DNA of 64,000 bases from NCBI RefSeq assembly GCF_006345805.1, contig NC_043013.1:18352001-18416000 (forward strand), read 5' to 3'. Below the pieces are notes generated by a model that worked only from the letters and a program-made list of their open reading frames with translations, did not search any database and was not told the DNA's origin. Of the stretch, positions 25,698 through 39,680 are shown piece after piece (positions within the stretch are counted from its first letter, which is position 1; every line of letters begins with the position of its first letter). Origin of the DNA: Octopus sinensis (Eukaryota). The position numbers were made by a program, and so were the translations under genes.

Positions 25698-26130
25698 TTA
25701 TATATATATTTATAACCTGTAGCCATCTTGGACTTCCTGTAGCTCTTCATTTGGCAATCCAAAGCATGAAAGAGACTGGCTGCCGTTAGGAGCCTGCGAT
25801 GCGTGAAGCCGCACGGAACCGAATCACACACACACAGAGTTGTTACATTCTTATTACTACTTTTAGGATGTCATCCCTTCATTTATTGTCCCAGAGTAAG
25901 GACGACTTGCTTAATCTTCCAAGAACCTTTACTCGCCAAATTGCTGGCATTGTGCCAAATTTTGAAATCAATAATTTAGCACATTAAGCAGTGAAAATTA
26001 TTCCATTCGATAGCAATTAAATGCTGTTATATTTGTTCAGCTGTTGTACATATGTAAATACAAATGTTCCAGATTAATAAAAGTGTTTGAGAATTAATAC
26101 CAATATGAATGTGGTCACTATGAACATAAC

Positions 26131-26537
26131 AGGCACAGGAGTGGCTGTGGTAAGTAGCTTGCTAACCAACCACATGGTTGCGGGTTCAGTCCCACTGCGT
26201 GGCATCTTGGGCAGTGTCTTCTGCTATAGCCCCGGCCGACCAATGCCTTGTGAGTGGATTTGGTAGACGGAAACTGAAAGAAGCCTGTCGTATATATGTA
26301 TATATATATATATATATGCGTGTTGTGTGTTGTGTCTGTGTTTTGTCCCCCTAGCATTGCTTGACAGCTGATGCTGGTGGTCTACGTCCCCTCGCCACTT
26401 AGCGGTTCGGCAAAGAGACCGATAGAATAAGTACTGGGCTTAAAAAGAATAAGTTCCGGGGTCGATTTGATCGACTAAAGGCGGTGCTCCAGCATGGCCG
26501 CAGTCAAATGACTGAAACAAGTAAAAGAGTAAAAGAG
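26131..26537 (+). mobile_element. SINE family A, full length
   Basis: Matches 13383-13806. Confidence 0.9.
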
Positions 26538-27814
26538 TATACCAAATGTTGCTGTTCATCAAACGCTACTTAAAATCCCTTCTGCTACATTGAAAAGGCA
26601 ATATTTGTCAGGAAATTTGGAAATAATTGCAATCGATAATGTATCTTGGATACAAAATAAGTTGAATGTATCCATAAATTTTGTACAGACTCACATGAAT
26701 ACGCCAATTTAAAAGGAGACAAGAAAAGGTAAACCTACATAGATAATCTCTTCAAATGTTTACAGATTAATCGACTATCCATCCATCCATACATACTGTC
26801 TGTCTTTCTCACACATACACACATTGCAAGGAGTCTCCCGACAGATCGATTTGCGGTGTGGCATCGCTCTTCAGAGAAAACGTTCCCAGCTCATTTTCCT
26901 TCTGGCATAGAAAATTAATCTAAAACATATATGCTAGTAATAAATTAGTTGCAGACAGTAGTGGAAAGTCTAATTTACATATTTGTGTGTGTGTATATAT
27001 ATATATATTCATACATAAACACACACACACACACACACACACAACACACACACACACACACACCACTTATATAGATTTATATATACACACTATCTGACGA
27101 ATAGTATATTTATTCTTCTGACTTTTCTTTCATGATTTTTGAGAAGATAATCCAAGGGAGACAGCACATGCTGACGAAGTGATTTTTGGAAAGAGTTGTC
27201 TCCCTTACAACACACCCGCTGCAATCATTTAGACCACTTCATAAACGCCCAAATTTCCTCTCATGAAAGGTACTGGTCACATCACACAGCTTCTGATTGC
27301 CTGATGGTATTGCTCAGATACCATGGTTCTGGGTTCAGTCCCACTGCATGACACTTCGGGCAAGTGTCTTCAGCTGTAGCCTGGGATCAACCAAAGCCTC
27401 GTGGCGGTCGGTTTTGTAGACGAAACTGAAAGCTCGTCAATATACATATATATTATATTATAATATATATATATCTATTAATATATATATCTATATATAT
27501 ATATATTATATATATATATGTTGTGTGTGTTCATTCCTCCACTTCATTCTCTATTTCATATCTTATCTAAAATAACTATTGTTTAAAAATAACCATTTTC
27601 TCGCACCATCTCCGATGAATTTTGATGTATCTCAGTTGTATTTTGATGAGGTTGGCTTCAATACCTGATATGTTGCATTTTGTTCGTACCTCACTGTAAT
27701 GAATATGGTCACTGGGTTTTATGGTGGAGATAGTACGCAAGCATCACATCTGGTTGATATACGTTCGATAGTAAGTCGAAGATTCAGCACCATAATGCAT
27801 TATACATTAACCTT

Positions 27815-29265
27815 CACCTTCAATAATAAGTAGTGGTTGTTCCAGAGCTTGCCTTCCCGATTCTGGACTCGATTTCTTTATCCATCTTCGCATCATTGGA
27901 CACAATGGAATCAAGATAAGTGAAGGAGGAAACAGTTTTTAATGCTTTCCCGTTAACATATACCGTAGGAGCAAAAGCGGGAAGATGGTCACAAATGGGC
28001 TGATGGACAAGCTCCGTTTTCTTGATGCTGATGGTCAGAACAAAAGCCTTCGATGCACGCGAGTTGTTTAGAATCCATTGCATCACTTCAAGAGTGTGTG
28101 CTACAAGTGCACAATCGTCTGCGAAGAGCAAATCTCGAACTGTTTGCATCAAAGTCTTAGTTTTTTGCTTTGAAGCGCTGTTGGTTGAACAAGTCGTCAC
28201 CAGTTCTGTACTCTAACTTTACTCCTTCTTTAACACCTTCGAATGCTGTTTCCTACATGACGGAGAAATACAAAGTAAATAAGAGTGGTGCAAGAACAGA
28301 GCCTTGTTTTGTCCCATTTGAGACTGTGAATGAATCGGACACTTCGCCGCTAGATCTGACAGAAGCCATCATCCTTTGATGGAAAAAAGTTATGACGTTG
28401 AGCATCTTTTCTGGAACACCTAGCTTTCTAAGGACAACCCAAAGAGCATCCCTAGATACGGTGTTGGAAGCTTTAGTTAGACCTACGTCGCGGTTGTGTT
28501 CACAAGCCATTTCCTGCTGTTGTCTTAGGCTAAAATTCATATCCACTGTGCTTTTACCAGTCCAAAATCCAGACTAAGATTCAGACAACACTAAGCGACC
28601 AAGGGCATCGTTTAGTCTATTTACGATAACCCTTTCAATGCTCTTCCAAGCAACACACAAAAGGGAGATACCCCTATGACTGTCACACTTGTTACCTTTG
28701 TGCTTATAAAGATGGACAATAGAAGCCTTCTTTAAACTCCTGTGGGACTGATCCTGATTCCCAGATTAAGGAGAAGAGTTCACATAACTTGTTCAGCAGG
28801 AGACTGCTACCACATTTATATATCTCGGCTGGGATGTCATCGTTTCCAGACGACTTTTCATTCGTGAGCTATTTTATGGCCATTTTTATATTTCAGCATC
28901 TGATGGAGCAACTGACAGTTCTTCAAGGACAGGCATTTGTGGGAGGATGATGATCTGTTCTTCATCAAAAACTGAGTCCATATTCAGAACATTTGAAAAA
29001 TGCTCTGCTCAGCACTTCGTGATCTTTTTATCTGTCAGAAGATTACCCTCTGTTAAAAGTATGGGCACTGAGCCACCAGACACAGGTCCAAAAACAGCCT
29101 TTAAATTCTGATAGAATAACCTGAAGTCACATCTGTCCGGAGCATCCTCCAATTTTTGAGCCTTCCTTTGCCACCTTTCCTTTGAGCCTTCATTTGCCTC
29201 AGTTGAGATTGGCATGGATTTCTGGACTTCAAAAAAATTGTGTTTTGTGGTATTATTTCTATTTG
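27815..29265 (-). mobile_element. Decayed RTE (BovB-like) LINE RT fragment, a different family from 1155-3957
   Basis: FYQNLKAVFGP, GTKQGSVLAPLLFTLYFSVM, VRDLLFADDCALVAH, FTYLDSIVS, EIESRIGKAS; multiple frameshifts. Confidence 0.9.
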
Positions 29266-29308
29266 ACATCCATTGACAGTGGAACTTGTGCATATTGTCC
29301 AAAGCATT

Positions 29309-29394
<86 letters not shown>

Positions 29395-29802
29395 TGTGTG
29401 TGTGTGTGTGGTATGTGTGTGTATACGTATACATACATATATGTGTATGTGTATACACACACACTCTCTCTCTCTCACACACACACACACGCACATATAG
29501 TGATGGAGATTGAAAGAGCATGGTCTGCTCGCGTAATGATAACCGAGAAACCTAACAGGAGTGGGTGGATTGAGGTTAGTGGTAATGGTATGAGTAGGTC
29601 TTCTGTCAAAATGTAGGACACAGCGACGTAGAAATGTGTACTCTATCCCCTAATCACTCCTACATTGTATTAACTGTTGTGTGGGCCCTAATTATGACAC
29701 CCGGTAATAAACGAGAGCGGTAGGTGCTGAATGAATAACGGACTGGGGTTCCTGTGTTGACTTCTGTTGCTCCTACCCAACAGAGGTATGTTACGAGGTA
29801 GA

Positions 29803-30034
29803 AGGCGGCGAGCTGGCAGAAACGTTAGCACGCCGGGCGAAATGCTTAGCGGTATTTCGTCTGCCGCTACGTTCTGAGTTCAAATTCCGCCGAGGTCGAC
29901 TTTGTCTTTCATCCTTTCGGGGTCGAGTAAATAAGTACCAGTTACACGCTGGGGTCGATGTAATCGACTTAATCCCTTTGTCTGTCCTTGTTTGTCCCCT
30001 CTATGTTTAGCCCCTTGTGGGCAATAAAAAAATA
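29803..30034 (+). mobile_element. SINE family B, full length, 16-bp TSD
   Basis: TSD agaggtatgttacgag at 29782-29797 and 30035-30050. tRNA-like head with B box gagttcaaattcc. Confidence 0.92.
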
Positions 30035-30449
30035 AGAGGTATGTTACGAGATCGATCGCTCTGCTAGAAATAGCAGCAATGTCACCCTCAAATTACGCCA
30101 TGCCGCCTTTAGAAAAGACAAGTTGGGTAAAGAGGGGATGGTCATTGGTGGAATGCCATTGGTTCATAGGCCTGCTTGATAAGGGTTGATAACAACAGGC
30201 CATACAGTTCTACCTCAGCCCCACCTACAACACTAAACAAGGGGAGCAGTAGAGCTCTATACTGTACCTCCAGCTGGCAGAAATAGCAGCCAAATAACAC
30301 TCAAATCACTCCTTGTTTTTTTGAAATAAGGGAAGATCACATTGCTCTTGGCAACGCAGTCCTGAATTCACAGTGCTGGTCATGGCTGGAACACGTTTGA
30401 TGAGAGCACTGCTAGATTGTTGTTGACCTAGGACTAAAATCCTCCTCCT

Positions 30450-30517
30450 CCAACTACTACTACTACTACTACCACCACCACCACCACCACCACCACCACC
30501 ACTACTACTACTACTAA

Positions 30518-30607
<90 letters not shown>

Positions 30608-30616
30608 CACCACCAT

Positions 30617-30670
<54 letters not shown>

Positions 30671-30672
30671 CA
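30450..30672. repeat. (CTA)n/(CAC)n microsatellite
   Basis: Visible. Confidence 0.95.
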
Positions 30673-31349
30673 GTACTGCTGCTGGAAACAAAAGCATTAA
30701 CAAATCTTCCAAATGAAACTAAGAAAAATAGTAATCTAAGGGAAGCAACTCTAATCATTTTTAATGGGAATTATTTCCCTTGGACTAAAGTCATCGCCTT
30801 AACTAGCACGGATGCGCGACCACCATTAAATTTAGTAAATCACACTGGTGCAAAGGGTTGGGGAAGAGAGAAAATATCTCAACAGCAGCAACAACAACAA
30901 CGACAGCAACAACAACAATAATAGTGATATTGTGTTGGTGTTAACGAGTCTAGATTGAATTTGTGTAGAATCAATAAAAAAAATTCAATAAAAATTCAAT
31001 AAAAGTTTTAAATTTTGTCTAACCCCGCCCAAAAACATCCAGATAATTTTGAATTTATTAATTACTAATTTCTAAATTATTAAAAATATATATTATTATT
31101 TGCTGTTCTTTTACGTTTTACCTCTTTTACTTATTTTAGTCATTGACCCGCGGCCATACTGGGGTAACGCCTTGAGGTTTTTTTTTTTTAAGCGAACGAA
31201 TCAGCCTCAGTGTTTATATTTTCTAAATCTTTGTACTTATTATATCCTTCTCTTTTGTCAAACCGCTAAGTTTCGTAGGCGTAAAGAAACCGATACCGGT
31301 TGTGAAATGATGGTGTAGGACAAACATAAATACCGAGACGTTTCTGCGA

Positions 31350-31682
31350 AAGCGCATGCCTCAGTGGTTAGAGCGTCGAGCTCGCAACAACGAGGTAGTG
31401 AGTTCGGTTCCAGGACCGGGCTGTGTATTGTGTTCTTGAGCAAGATACTTTATTTCACGTTGCTCCAGTTAACTCAGTTGTAGAAATGAGTTGCGACGTC
31501 ACTGGTGCCAAGCTGTATCGGCTCCTTTGCCTTTCCCTTGGATGACACTGGTGGTGTGGAGAGGAGAGGCTGGTATGAATGGGCAACTGCTGGCCTTCCA
31601 TGAACAACGACGCCCAGACTTGTGCCTTGGAGGGGAACTTTCTAGATGCAATCACATCGTCATTCATGACCGAAAAGGGGTC
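31350..31682 (+). mobile_element. SINE family D (tRNA head, CORE-like centre)
   Basis: cctcagtggttagagc A box, gagttcggttcc B box, ttcttgagcaagatactttatttcacgttgctccag centre. Confidence 0.65.
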
Positions 31683-31733
<51 letters not shown>

Positions 31734-32321
31734 CATTTATGTACGACGGGCTTCTTTCAGTTTCTGGCTGCCAAATCCGCCCCCATGGCTTTGGTCGGCG
31801 TGGGTTATAACAGAAGACGCTTGCCCAGGGAGCCACGCAGTAGGACTGAACCCAGAAGTATCTTGTTGGAAAGTTACATTTCTAATTTATCGTTTTATAA
31901 GTAATTTTAGTTTAGGAAACATTGTAAATTTAATTGAAACATTTAAATAAATACGCTAAATTAAATCTTAATTCAAAATCTTTATTAATTGTAAAGAGAG
32001 ATATGAGCATCACTCTTTCTTAGTTATTCCTAGTTATTCTCCCATAAGTTTTCATTGTGTGAAACCATTATTACTTATCAACAGCCTGTTTCGTGGTTCG
32101 AATCGAAACTGAGATATAAAGAGTGACTAGTTGTGACCCTGTGACCTCTGTGAGAAATTATGACACAGTGACTTCAGTGACATAGTTATGACTTATCTAG
32201 TCTTATCTAGAGAAAGAATTATAGACTTAAACAGGATTCGAATAATCCTATCAGGTGGTGCTATTAAGTTAGACATGGCCTGGACCAATCTCTAGTCGAA
32301 ACATATCTAAGTTTTATCTAA

Positions 32322-32400
<79 letters not shown>

Positions 32401-32895
32401 TGTGTGTGTGTGAGTGTGTGATACATTAACCCTAACCCTGCTATAAAGCTTTATTATGCTAAACTTGGCGGCATTACTGTAGTGCATAAGTATAAAAAGA
32501 ACACCAGCAAAAAACCCCCCAAGAAAACTACAAAAACAACGAAATTAAGAAAGAAAGAAAGAAAAAAAGAAACAAACAAACAGAAGATCTGAACCCTCAA
32601 CAAGCTCTATTTTTCGTCACTAAGACGCAAAGTATTTTGCTAAAATACATGAAAATGTTGAGATCTTAGATTTATGCCTACCAGCTTTTTTTTAATTCCA
32701 TAATTCTTATTAATTGGTGTGAGTCTTCGAGACCAGAAAGTTCTGGAAATACAGACTTGCAGTAATTCTTCGTTGGAAACATTAAAAGCGATGTGGATGT
32801 TATTCATCTTAACTGTCGTTACCGTACTTCCGTTTAAAATACAATGTCTTCGCGATCCAGTTAATTTTAGAAATAAAGAAAAATTTACAAAAATA

Positions 32896-33304
32896 GGCGC
32901 AGGAGTGGCTGTGTGGTAAGTAGCTTGCTAACCAACCACATGGTTCCGGGTTCAGTTCCACTGCGTGGCATCTTGGGCAAGTGTCTTCTGCTATAGCCCC
33001 GGGCCGACCAATGCCTTGTGAGTGGATTTGGTAGACGGAAACTGAAAGAAGCCTGTCGTATATATGTATATATGTGTGTGTGTTTGTGTGTCTGTGTTTG
33101 TCCCCCCTAGCATTGCTTGACAACCGATACTGGTCTGTTTACGTCCCCGTCACTTAGCGGTTCGGCAAAAAGAGACCGATAGAATAAGTACTGGGCTTAC
33201 AAAGAATAAGTGCCGGGGTCGATTTTCTCGACTAAAGGCGGTGCTCCAGCATGGCCGCAGTCACATGACTGAAACAAGTAAAAGAGTAAAAGAGAGTAAA
33301 GAGT
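32896..33304 (+). mobile_element. SINE family A, full length
   Basis: Matches 13383-13806. Confidence 0.92.
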
Positions 33305-34672
33305 CTTGTCATTTTGAAACTGGTTTTGGAACAAAATTAACGTAGAATTTTAGCTTTAGTTTAGATCACTTTCAAGCATGAATTTTATATCCTAAAAATC
33401 AAGGGCGGTACTAGTTAGGTTGGTATGACTTCCACTTCTCTATTAGTTGAAGTTTTTCTAGAACTAATTCTTTTAAAGTTGTAGATTGGTTTACTTCTAT
33501 TACTAATAAGGTTAACACTAAATTTATTCAGTTTGATATATCTAGCTTTTATTCATCAATCAACCCTATTATACTTAATAAGGCCCTATGGTACGCACAC
33601 AATAAAGCAGGTCTCTCTAGAGAGGAAATTAATGTGGTACTGGCTGCTAGAAACATCAATCATTAAGTTCGATAACAAGTGGTGGGTCCGGAAGGATACT
33701 CCCAATGTGTTCGATGTCCTAATGGGAAGTTCAGATTCGGCTCAAATTGCTGATTTAGTCGGCATATATATATACTTTATGAAATGGCCGACCATTTCCC
33801 AGACATCTGTGGAGATCTATATCGTGATGATTGTTTGTTTTACCTCCAAAACATTTCAAATCAAAAAATACAGAAGGTTAAGAATAGATTAGTTAGGTTT
33901 TTTTCGTAGAATGAGCTTTCACATCGCTTTTGACGATGAGTTAACTAAAGCTAACTTCTTAGACATTACTCTCAATTTACAAAACAACTCGTACTTCCCA
34001 TACCATAAACCTTCCACAAATCTCAATTATATTAGTCCTTACAGTAATCACGCTAGGGTAATTACTAAGAATTTTGTTAAAAACATTTCACTTAGATTAT
34101 CTAAATTATCCGCCAATGTTGACATTTTTAACGACAACGCAAAATTTTATAACTCTGCCTTAGCTAAAGCAGGGTATAAAGAAAAAGTTACATACATTGA
34201 TTCTGCTCAATCTCATCCTTCATCTACTGTTCAAGACAAAAAATCTAGTTGTAATAAGAAGAGTGATTTTAATTCTAATATTGTAAACAACACAAAACAT
34301 AATAAAATTCCTTTACGGGGTAAGGGAGGAAAGCGTTATTTAAGCCCATTTTTTCACTCTGAGGTATTTCACCGTTCTTTAAAGATAGTATCACTTACAA
34401 TTTGACTGTTACTAGGAATACTGTCTGGTTTGTTATTCCGTATGGAAAGCAAATTAAATCTAATCTTCCCTTGCAGTTCCGTGAAGTGGTTGGTAAGAAT
34501 TTTCCAAAAAATTCTAGATATTATTCAATTATTAATTCTCATATAGTTAGAGTTGCCTTCTCCAACACAAAGAATCTTTCACAAATTATATCTTCTTATA
34601 ATACCAGTGTGCTAAATAAAAGTTCATTTTCTGGGAGTTCTAACATTAATTTTGTTAATTCCAGCCCCTCAC

Positions 34673-34750
<78 letters not shown>

Positions 34751-34751
<1 letters not shown>

Positions 34752-34896
34752 GATCACCATGTCGCGCACATATGGTTGTGATGCATGTGCCTGGTGTACC
34801 CTTATCAGACGGGTAGTCATGATGGGTATACTGGGCTTCGTATATTTTACCCCAGTGTCACTTTGATGGCATGCTCTGCTCGCTCACTCAGCAATA
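34751..34896 (+). mobile_element. Short 3' end of the (AAT)n-associated retroelement, inserted in the Penelope element
   Basis: Reverse complement of 9401-9544; preceded by about 26 AAT units. Confidence 0.75.
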
Positions 34897-35607
34897 AAAA
34901 CATGGTTTTGGTCTCTGAGGACAACCCCGACAGAATTAAATTTATGTCTATTAATTCTAAGATCAAGAATTCTATATACCAATGTAAAATTTCTTGCGGT
35001 ACCGATGTCTACTTCTACATTGGTGCATCCTCTTCCCAGTTATCTAAAAGAATTTCCAATCATTATTCTTCATTTAGGGATAGTAGTAAACGTCATAGCA
35101 CAGGGCTAAGTAAATTGGTTTGGTATCTTAAAGACAACAATAAGGATTTTAAGTTAGATTGGTTCATCCTGTCCATATCTTTCCCTTATGATAAGGGCAA
35201 AGGATTTTGTAACATTTGCAACTCTGAACTCTTCCATATTCTATTCTCTAAGAATCCCCTTGTTAGCACACTTATAGAGCGATCTTACAAATGTAAGCAC
35301 AGACAGAAACATACCTTTAGCTCATATAAGCGATTTTGCCAGTCTTTATAGTTTGAACAGTTAGTTTAACTTGCACTTTACTTCAATAGAGAAATCTACT
35401 TCCAAGCCTTTGAACATTTTTTCAACCAATGTATCCCTCTTTATTTGTTCTCTACTTATTATTTCTTTACCCCTTCTCTTTCTAGTATCTGCCTTTGACG
35501 TCGAATCTACTAACGGTTTTTTAAAAAATACTTAATAACGTTCTGTTTATCATTTAGGCAGTCATCTTAATTGTTATAATGTCTTGTTATTGAGATAGGC
35601 TCTCTTT

Positions 35608-35690
35608 CTTTCCTGATGAGAAGATTGCATTTTACACCGTTTATTCCCTTGGAATAAAACCAATGTTGTCTTCGAAACATATGTCGAAAG
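35608..35690 (+). ncRNA. Type I hammerhead ribozyme, canonical intact core
   Basis: ctttc-CTGATGA-GAAGA...TCTTC-GAAA-CATATG-TC-gaaag: perfect 5-bp stems I and II, palindromic stem III ACATATGT, GUC cleavage predicted after 35685. Confidence 0.88.
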
Positions 35691-35741
35691 TAAAAGAATT
35701 TGAATAACATCTGTGTTCAACACCATTTATTTACTTATATA

Positions 35742-35819
<78 letters not shown>

Positions 35820-36406
35820 TGATGTCACTAAAGTTACAGGGGTAGTAAGTAGTACCGGCATTGCCAGAAAAAAGAGTCAAAAGAACTCGATAGCCACAAA
35901 TGCACTCTCTTAATGACTGACAAGGGAGATACATACCCTAGCGGACAAAGTCAGATCACCAGGGATTTCGAAATCTGACGCAGAGCATCCCACCAGGGAC
36001 CTTATCTGTTAAATTGCTCGGCTGTTAAATTGCTAATAAGCCATCCATGTTATTTACACACACACACACACCTTAGCCCGAGCATAAATTTAGAAAAGTT
36101 AACGTGTATTTGCCAACTGATTAAATTTCTGCCAACACTGACTTCAAGTATGTAATTGCACCCAATAACTTGATCTCCTTTATTGAGCCTGGTTGTAGTT
36201 CATTTATTTTCGTTCATCGTCTGGCGGTCGTATTAGAAGTGTCATGTGTCAAAAAATATCATTCATAGCAGACGTTCTCTCGTCATTGTTCACACGCGCC
36301 AGTCACGGGCTCAAAAGTTTCAGCCCGAGTTGTTATCTATAATCGTAAAAATTAAAAGTAATTCAAATTCAATGTTTTCTTGAAACAATAAATTTCTTAT
36401 AGAGGT

Positions 36407-36836
36407 AGGCGTAGGAGTGGCTGTGTGGTAAGTAGCTTGCTTACGAACCACATAGTTCAAGGTTCAGTCCCATTGCGTGGCACCTCGGGCAAATGCCTTC
36501 TACTATAGCCTCAGGCCGACCAAAGCCTTGTGAGGGGATTTGGTAGACGGAAACTGAAAGAAGCCCGTCGTATATATATGTATATATATATATACATTTA
36601 CGTGTGTATGTGTGTGTATATGTTTGTGTGTGAATGTTTCCCCCCCAACATCGCTTGACAACCGATGGTGGTGTGTTTACGTCCCCGTAACGTAGCGGTT
36701 CGGCAAAAGAGACCGATAGAATAAGTTCTAGGCTTATAAAGAATAAGTTCTAGGGTCGATTTGTTCGAATAAAGGCGGTGCTCCAGCATGGCCACAGTCA
36801 AATAACTGAAACAAGCAAAGAGTAAAGGGTAAAGAG
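36407..36836 (+). mobile_element. SINE family A, full length
   Basis: Matches 13383-13806. Confidence 0.9.
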
Positions 36837-37274
36837 ATTAGCTTTTAAATTCTAATCTATGAAAAGTTTCCCTTTCACAATATTCTTAAAGGAACGCAAA
36901 ATAATCCAGCAACTAATACGAACGAGCCTGGCTAGTGTAATAGACCAATCGGGATCTCTTGTTACGAGTACAGGCGACAGTTAGATCGTTGATGTTTGTT
37001 GTGCACTCCACTGTGTTTTGCAGGGTTGCTTTATTTTTACCTTGAACTTAGAAATGGAGAAAAACATAATGCCAGTTATATATAGAAAAGAAAATGATAA
37101 GCCATTTGGGGCTAGAAATATTGCAGAAAAATTTTGAAATTCTTTTAACAGGCATGTCTTATGCAAAATCTGTGATAAGCCCGAGTGACAGTGATGACCT
37201 GGCGTCGCCTCTGATATACATATACACATACACATGTATGTATATACACATGCATATATGTACACACACACGTG

Positions 37275-37430
37275 TGAGTGGCTGTATGGTAAGTAGCTTG
37301 CTAACCAACCACATGGTTCCGGGTTCAGTCCCACTGCGTGGCATCTTGGGCAAATGTCTTCTGCTATAGCCCCGGGCCGACCAATGCCTTGTGAGTGGAT
37401 TTGGTAGACGGAAACTGAAAGAAGCCTGTC

Positions 37431-37502
<72 letters not shown>

Positions 37503-37695
37503 TTGTGTGTCTGTGTTTGTCCTCCTAGCATTGCTTGACAACCGATGCTGGTGTGTTTACGTCCCCGTCACTTAGCGGTTCGGCAAAAGAGACCGATAGA
37601 ATAAGTACTGGGCTTACAAAGAATAAGTCGACTAAAGGCGGTGCTCCAGCATGGCCGCAGTCAAATGACTGAAACAAGTAAAGGAGTAAAGGAGT
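37275..37695 (+). mobile_element. SINE family A with internal deletion
   Basis: Matches the consensus; aagtc-gactaaagg deletion junction near 37630. Confidence 0.88.
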
Positions 37696-37849
37696 ATATA
37701 TATATATATATATATAGTTATATTCTTTCACTTGTTTCAGTCATCTGACTGCGCCTTAAATGGTTCTAGTCGAAGAAATAGACCCCAGGACTTATTCTTT
37801 GTAAGCCTTGTACTTATTCTAAGACGCTATTCGATGAAAGGGGGAGATT

Positions 37850-38304
37850 AAATAAGTACCAGTTACGCACTGGGGTCGATATAATCGACTTAATCCGTTT
37901 GTCTGTCCTTGTTTGTCCTCTCTGTGTTTGGCCCCTTGTGGGTAGTAAAGAAATAGGTATTTCGTCTGCCGCTACGTTCTGAGTTCAAATTCTGCCGAGG
38001 TCGACTTTGCCTTTCATCCTTTCGGGGTCGATTAAATAAGTACCAGTTACGCACTGGGGTCGATATAATCGACTTAATCCGTTTGTCTGTCCTTGTTTGT
38101 CCTCCCTGTTTTTGGCCCCTTGTGGGTAGTAAAGAAATAGGTATTTCGCCCGTTGCTTCGTTCTGAGTTCAAATTCCGTCGAGGTTGGCTTTGCCTCTCA
38201 TCCTTTCAGGGTCGATAAATTAAGTGCCAGTGAAACACCGGGGTCGATGTAATCGACTAGTCCTCTCCCCTAGAATTTCAGGCCTTGTGTCTATAGTAGA
38301 AAGG

Positions 38305-38310
<6 letters not shown>
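37850..38310 (+). mobile_element. Tandem or nested 5'-truncated SINE family B copies
   Basis: Head-to-tail units joined at aaatag|gtatttcg, period about 183 bp. Confidence 0.85.
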
Positions 38311-38347
<37 letters not shown>

Positions 38348-38375
38348 TATTATTATTATTGAAGTTGGCTAGCTG

Positions 38376-39263
38376 GGATCTTTTCAATTCTGAAGCCAGG
38401 ACCACAGATCTTTCTACTTAACTAAATATTCTGAAACTTCGTATGCTGATAGAGTCTAGCAAAACAAGACACAGGTTGGAACTAGTTTATTTGAGAAAAA
38501 TCTATTTTATGACTTTAATCGTAGATTAAAACTGCGAATTTTAACCAATCAGATTGTTTGTTTTCATGTGTAAAACTTGACTGCATTCTATTAGTGTGAC
38601 GTAGAAAGCGCTTTTGTGACGTACTAACGTTCGGAAAACTGTAAACAAACACATAACGTAACGGCAGACGAAATACGGCTACGCATTTCGCCCGGCGTGC
38701 TAACGTTTCTGCCAGCTCTTTGCTTTTTTAATATTAAATTTCTTGCCTTTTGCACAAATAAATACAATAAGTGAAATGAAACGCATTAGCTTAGAAACGA
38801 AATCTTGTTAGAAGCCTCGTCACTGAGATGCCACTTCTTAATAGCAAACGAAAGCAAGTACTAACAGAATGGAAACATTTTCAATTTAATACATGTGGCT
38901 TATTAACTAGTTTTAAATATTGTTATTAGAAGGTGGCTGACTATAGGATCCTGGAAACATGAGTACGTTAAATAATTAGAAGGAGATTTCACGGAGACAT
39001 GCGGCTTGTTTACATTTAAGATGTTTAATACGTCACCAAATTGGTGGTCGAGACGGAGTAAATAAAATAAAGCCGAATGACGGAATATCATTGGTTAAAA
39101 TTCTAATTATTAAACAACGTTAAACTTAGAAGTTACAATTCCGTTTTCATTCTGGTTTACAATTAAGTTTACTTTTGACACATTCTACCAGTATACGAAG
39201 TTTCAAATTGTTTGGTTCAGTAGGAAAAATTTGAAAAAACTGGCTTCAGAATTGAAAAGATCC
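38376..39263. mobile_element. 888-bp MITE with perfect 24-bp TIRs and 8-bp TSD (Merlin-like)
   Basis: TIR ggatcttttcaattctgaagccag at 38376-38399 and its reverse complement at 39240-39263. TSD gctagctg at 38368-38375 and 39264-39271. Confidence 0.9.
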
Positions 39264-39271
39264 GCTAGCTG

Positions 39272-39680
39272 GCAGAATCGTCAACGTAAGACAAAATGAC
39301 GGATGAAGTTCATCCGTCATTACGTTTTGAGTTCAAATTCCGCCGAGGTTGACTTCGCCTTTCATTCCTTCGGAGTCGATAAAATAAGGACCAGTTGAGA
39401 ACTGGAGTTGATGTAATCAACTTGCTCCTTTCCCTAATTTCTAGGTCTTGCGCCTATAACAGAAATGATTACTGAAGACGTCTAGCTGGGAAAATCGTTA
39501 ACGTTAGACAAAATACTTAGCGGTATTTCATGTCTTTCCACTCTGAGTTCAAATACCAAACCGAAGTTGATATTGCCTTTCAACTTTCCAGGGTCCATAA
39601 AATAAGTATCTGCTGATCACTGGAGTCGATATGATCGAAATTGCTAGCCTTGCGCCAAATTTGAAACCGATATTTATTTA
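39272..39680 (+). mobile_element. Two degenerate SINE family B copies in tandem
   Basis: gagttcaaattccgccgagg...gataaaataag cores. Confidence 0.7.

Larger units (their letters stand above)
33400..35720 (+). mobile_element. Penelope-like retroelement, 5'-truncated: RT C-terminal part, linker, GIY-YIG endonuclease and 3' terminal region with hammerhead
   Basis: FDVLMGSSDSAQIADLVGIY, NFLDITLNL, PYHKP...YSNH, RNTVWFVIPY, SIYQCKI...YIGAS...KRISNHYSSF...LSKLVWYLKD...CNICNSE...CKH. Frameshifted and interrupted by (AAT)n plus an insert at 34672-34896. Confidence 0.92.

Noticed and set aside
25720-25830. YY1/ETS-like motif (gccatcttggacttcc) as a host promoter or start exon
   Set aside because: Single short motif adjacent to a repeat, with no CpG island or supporting exon structure.
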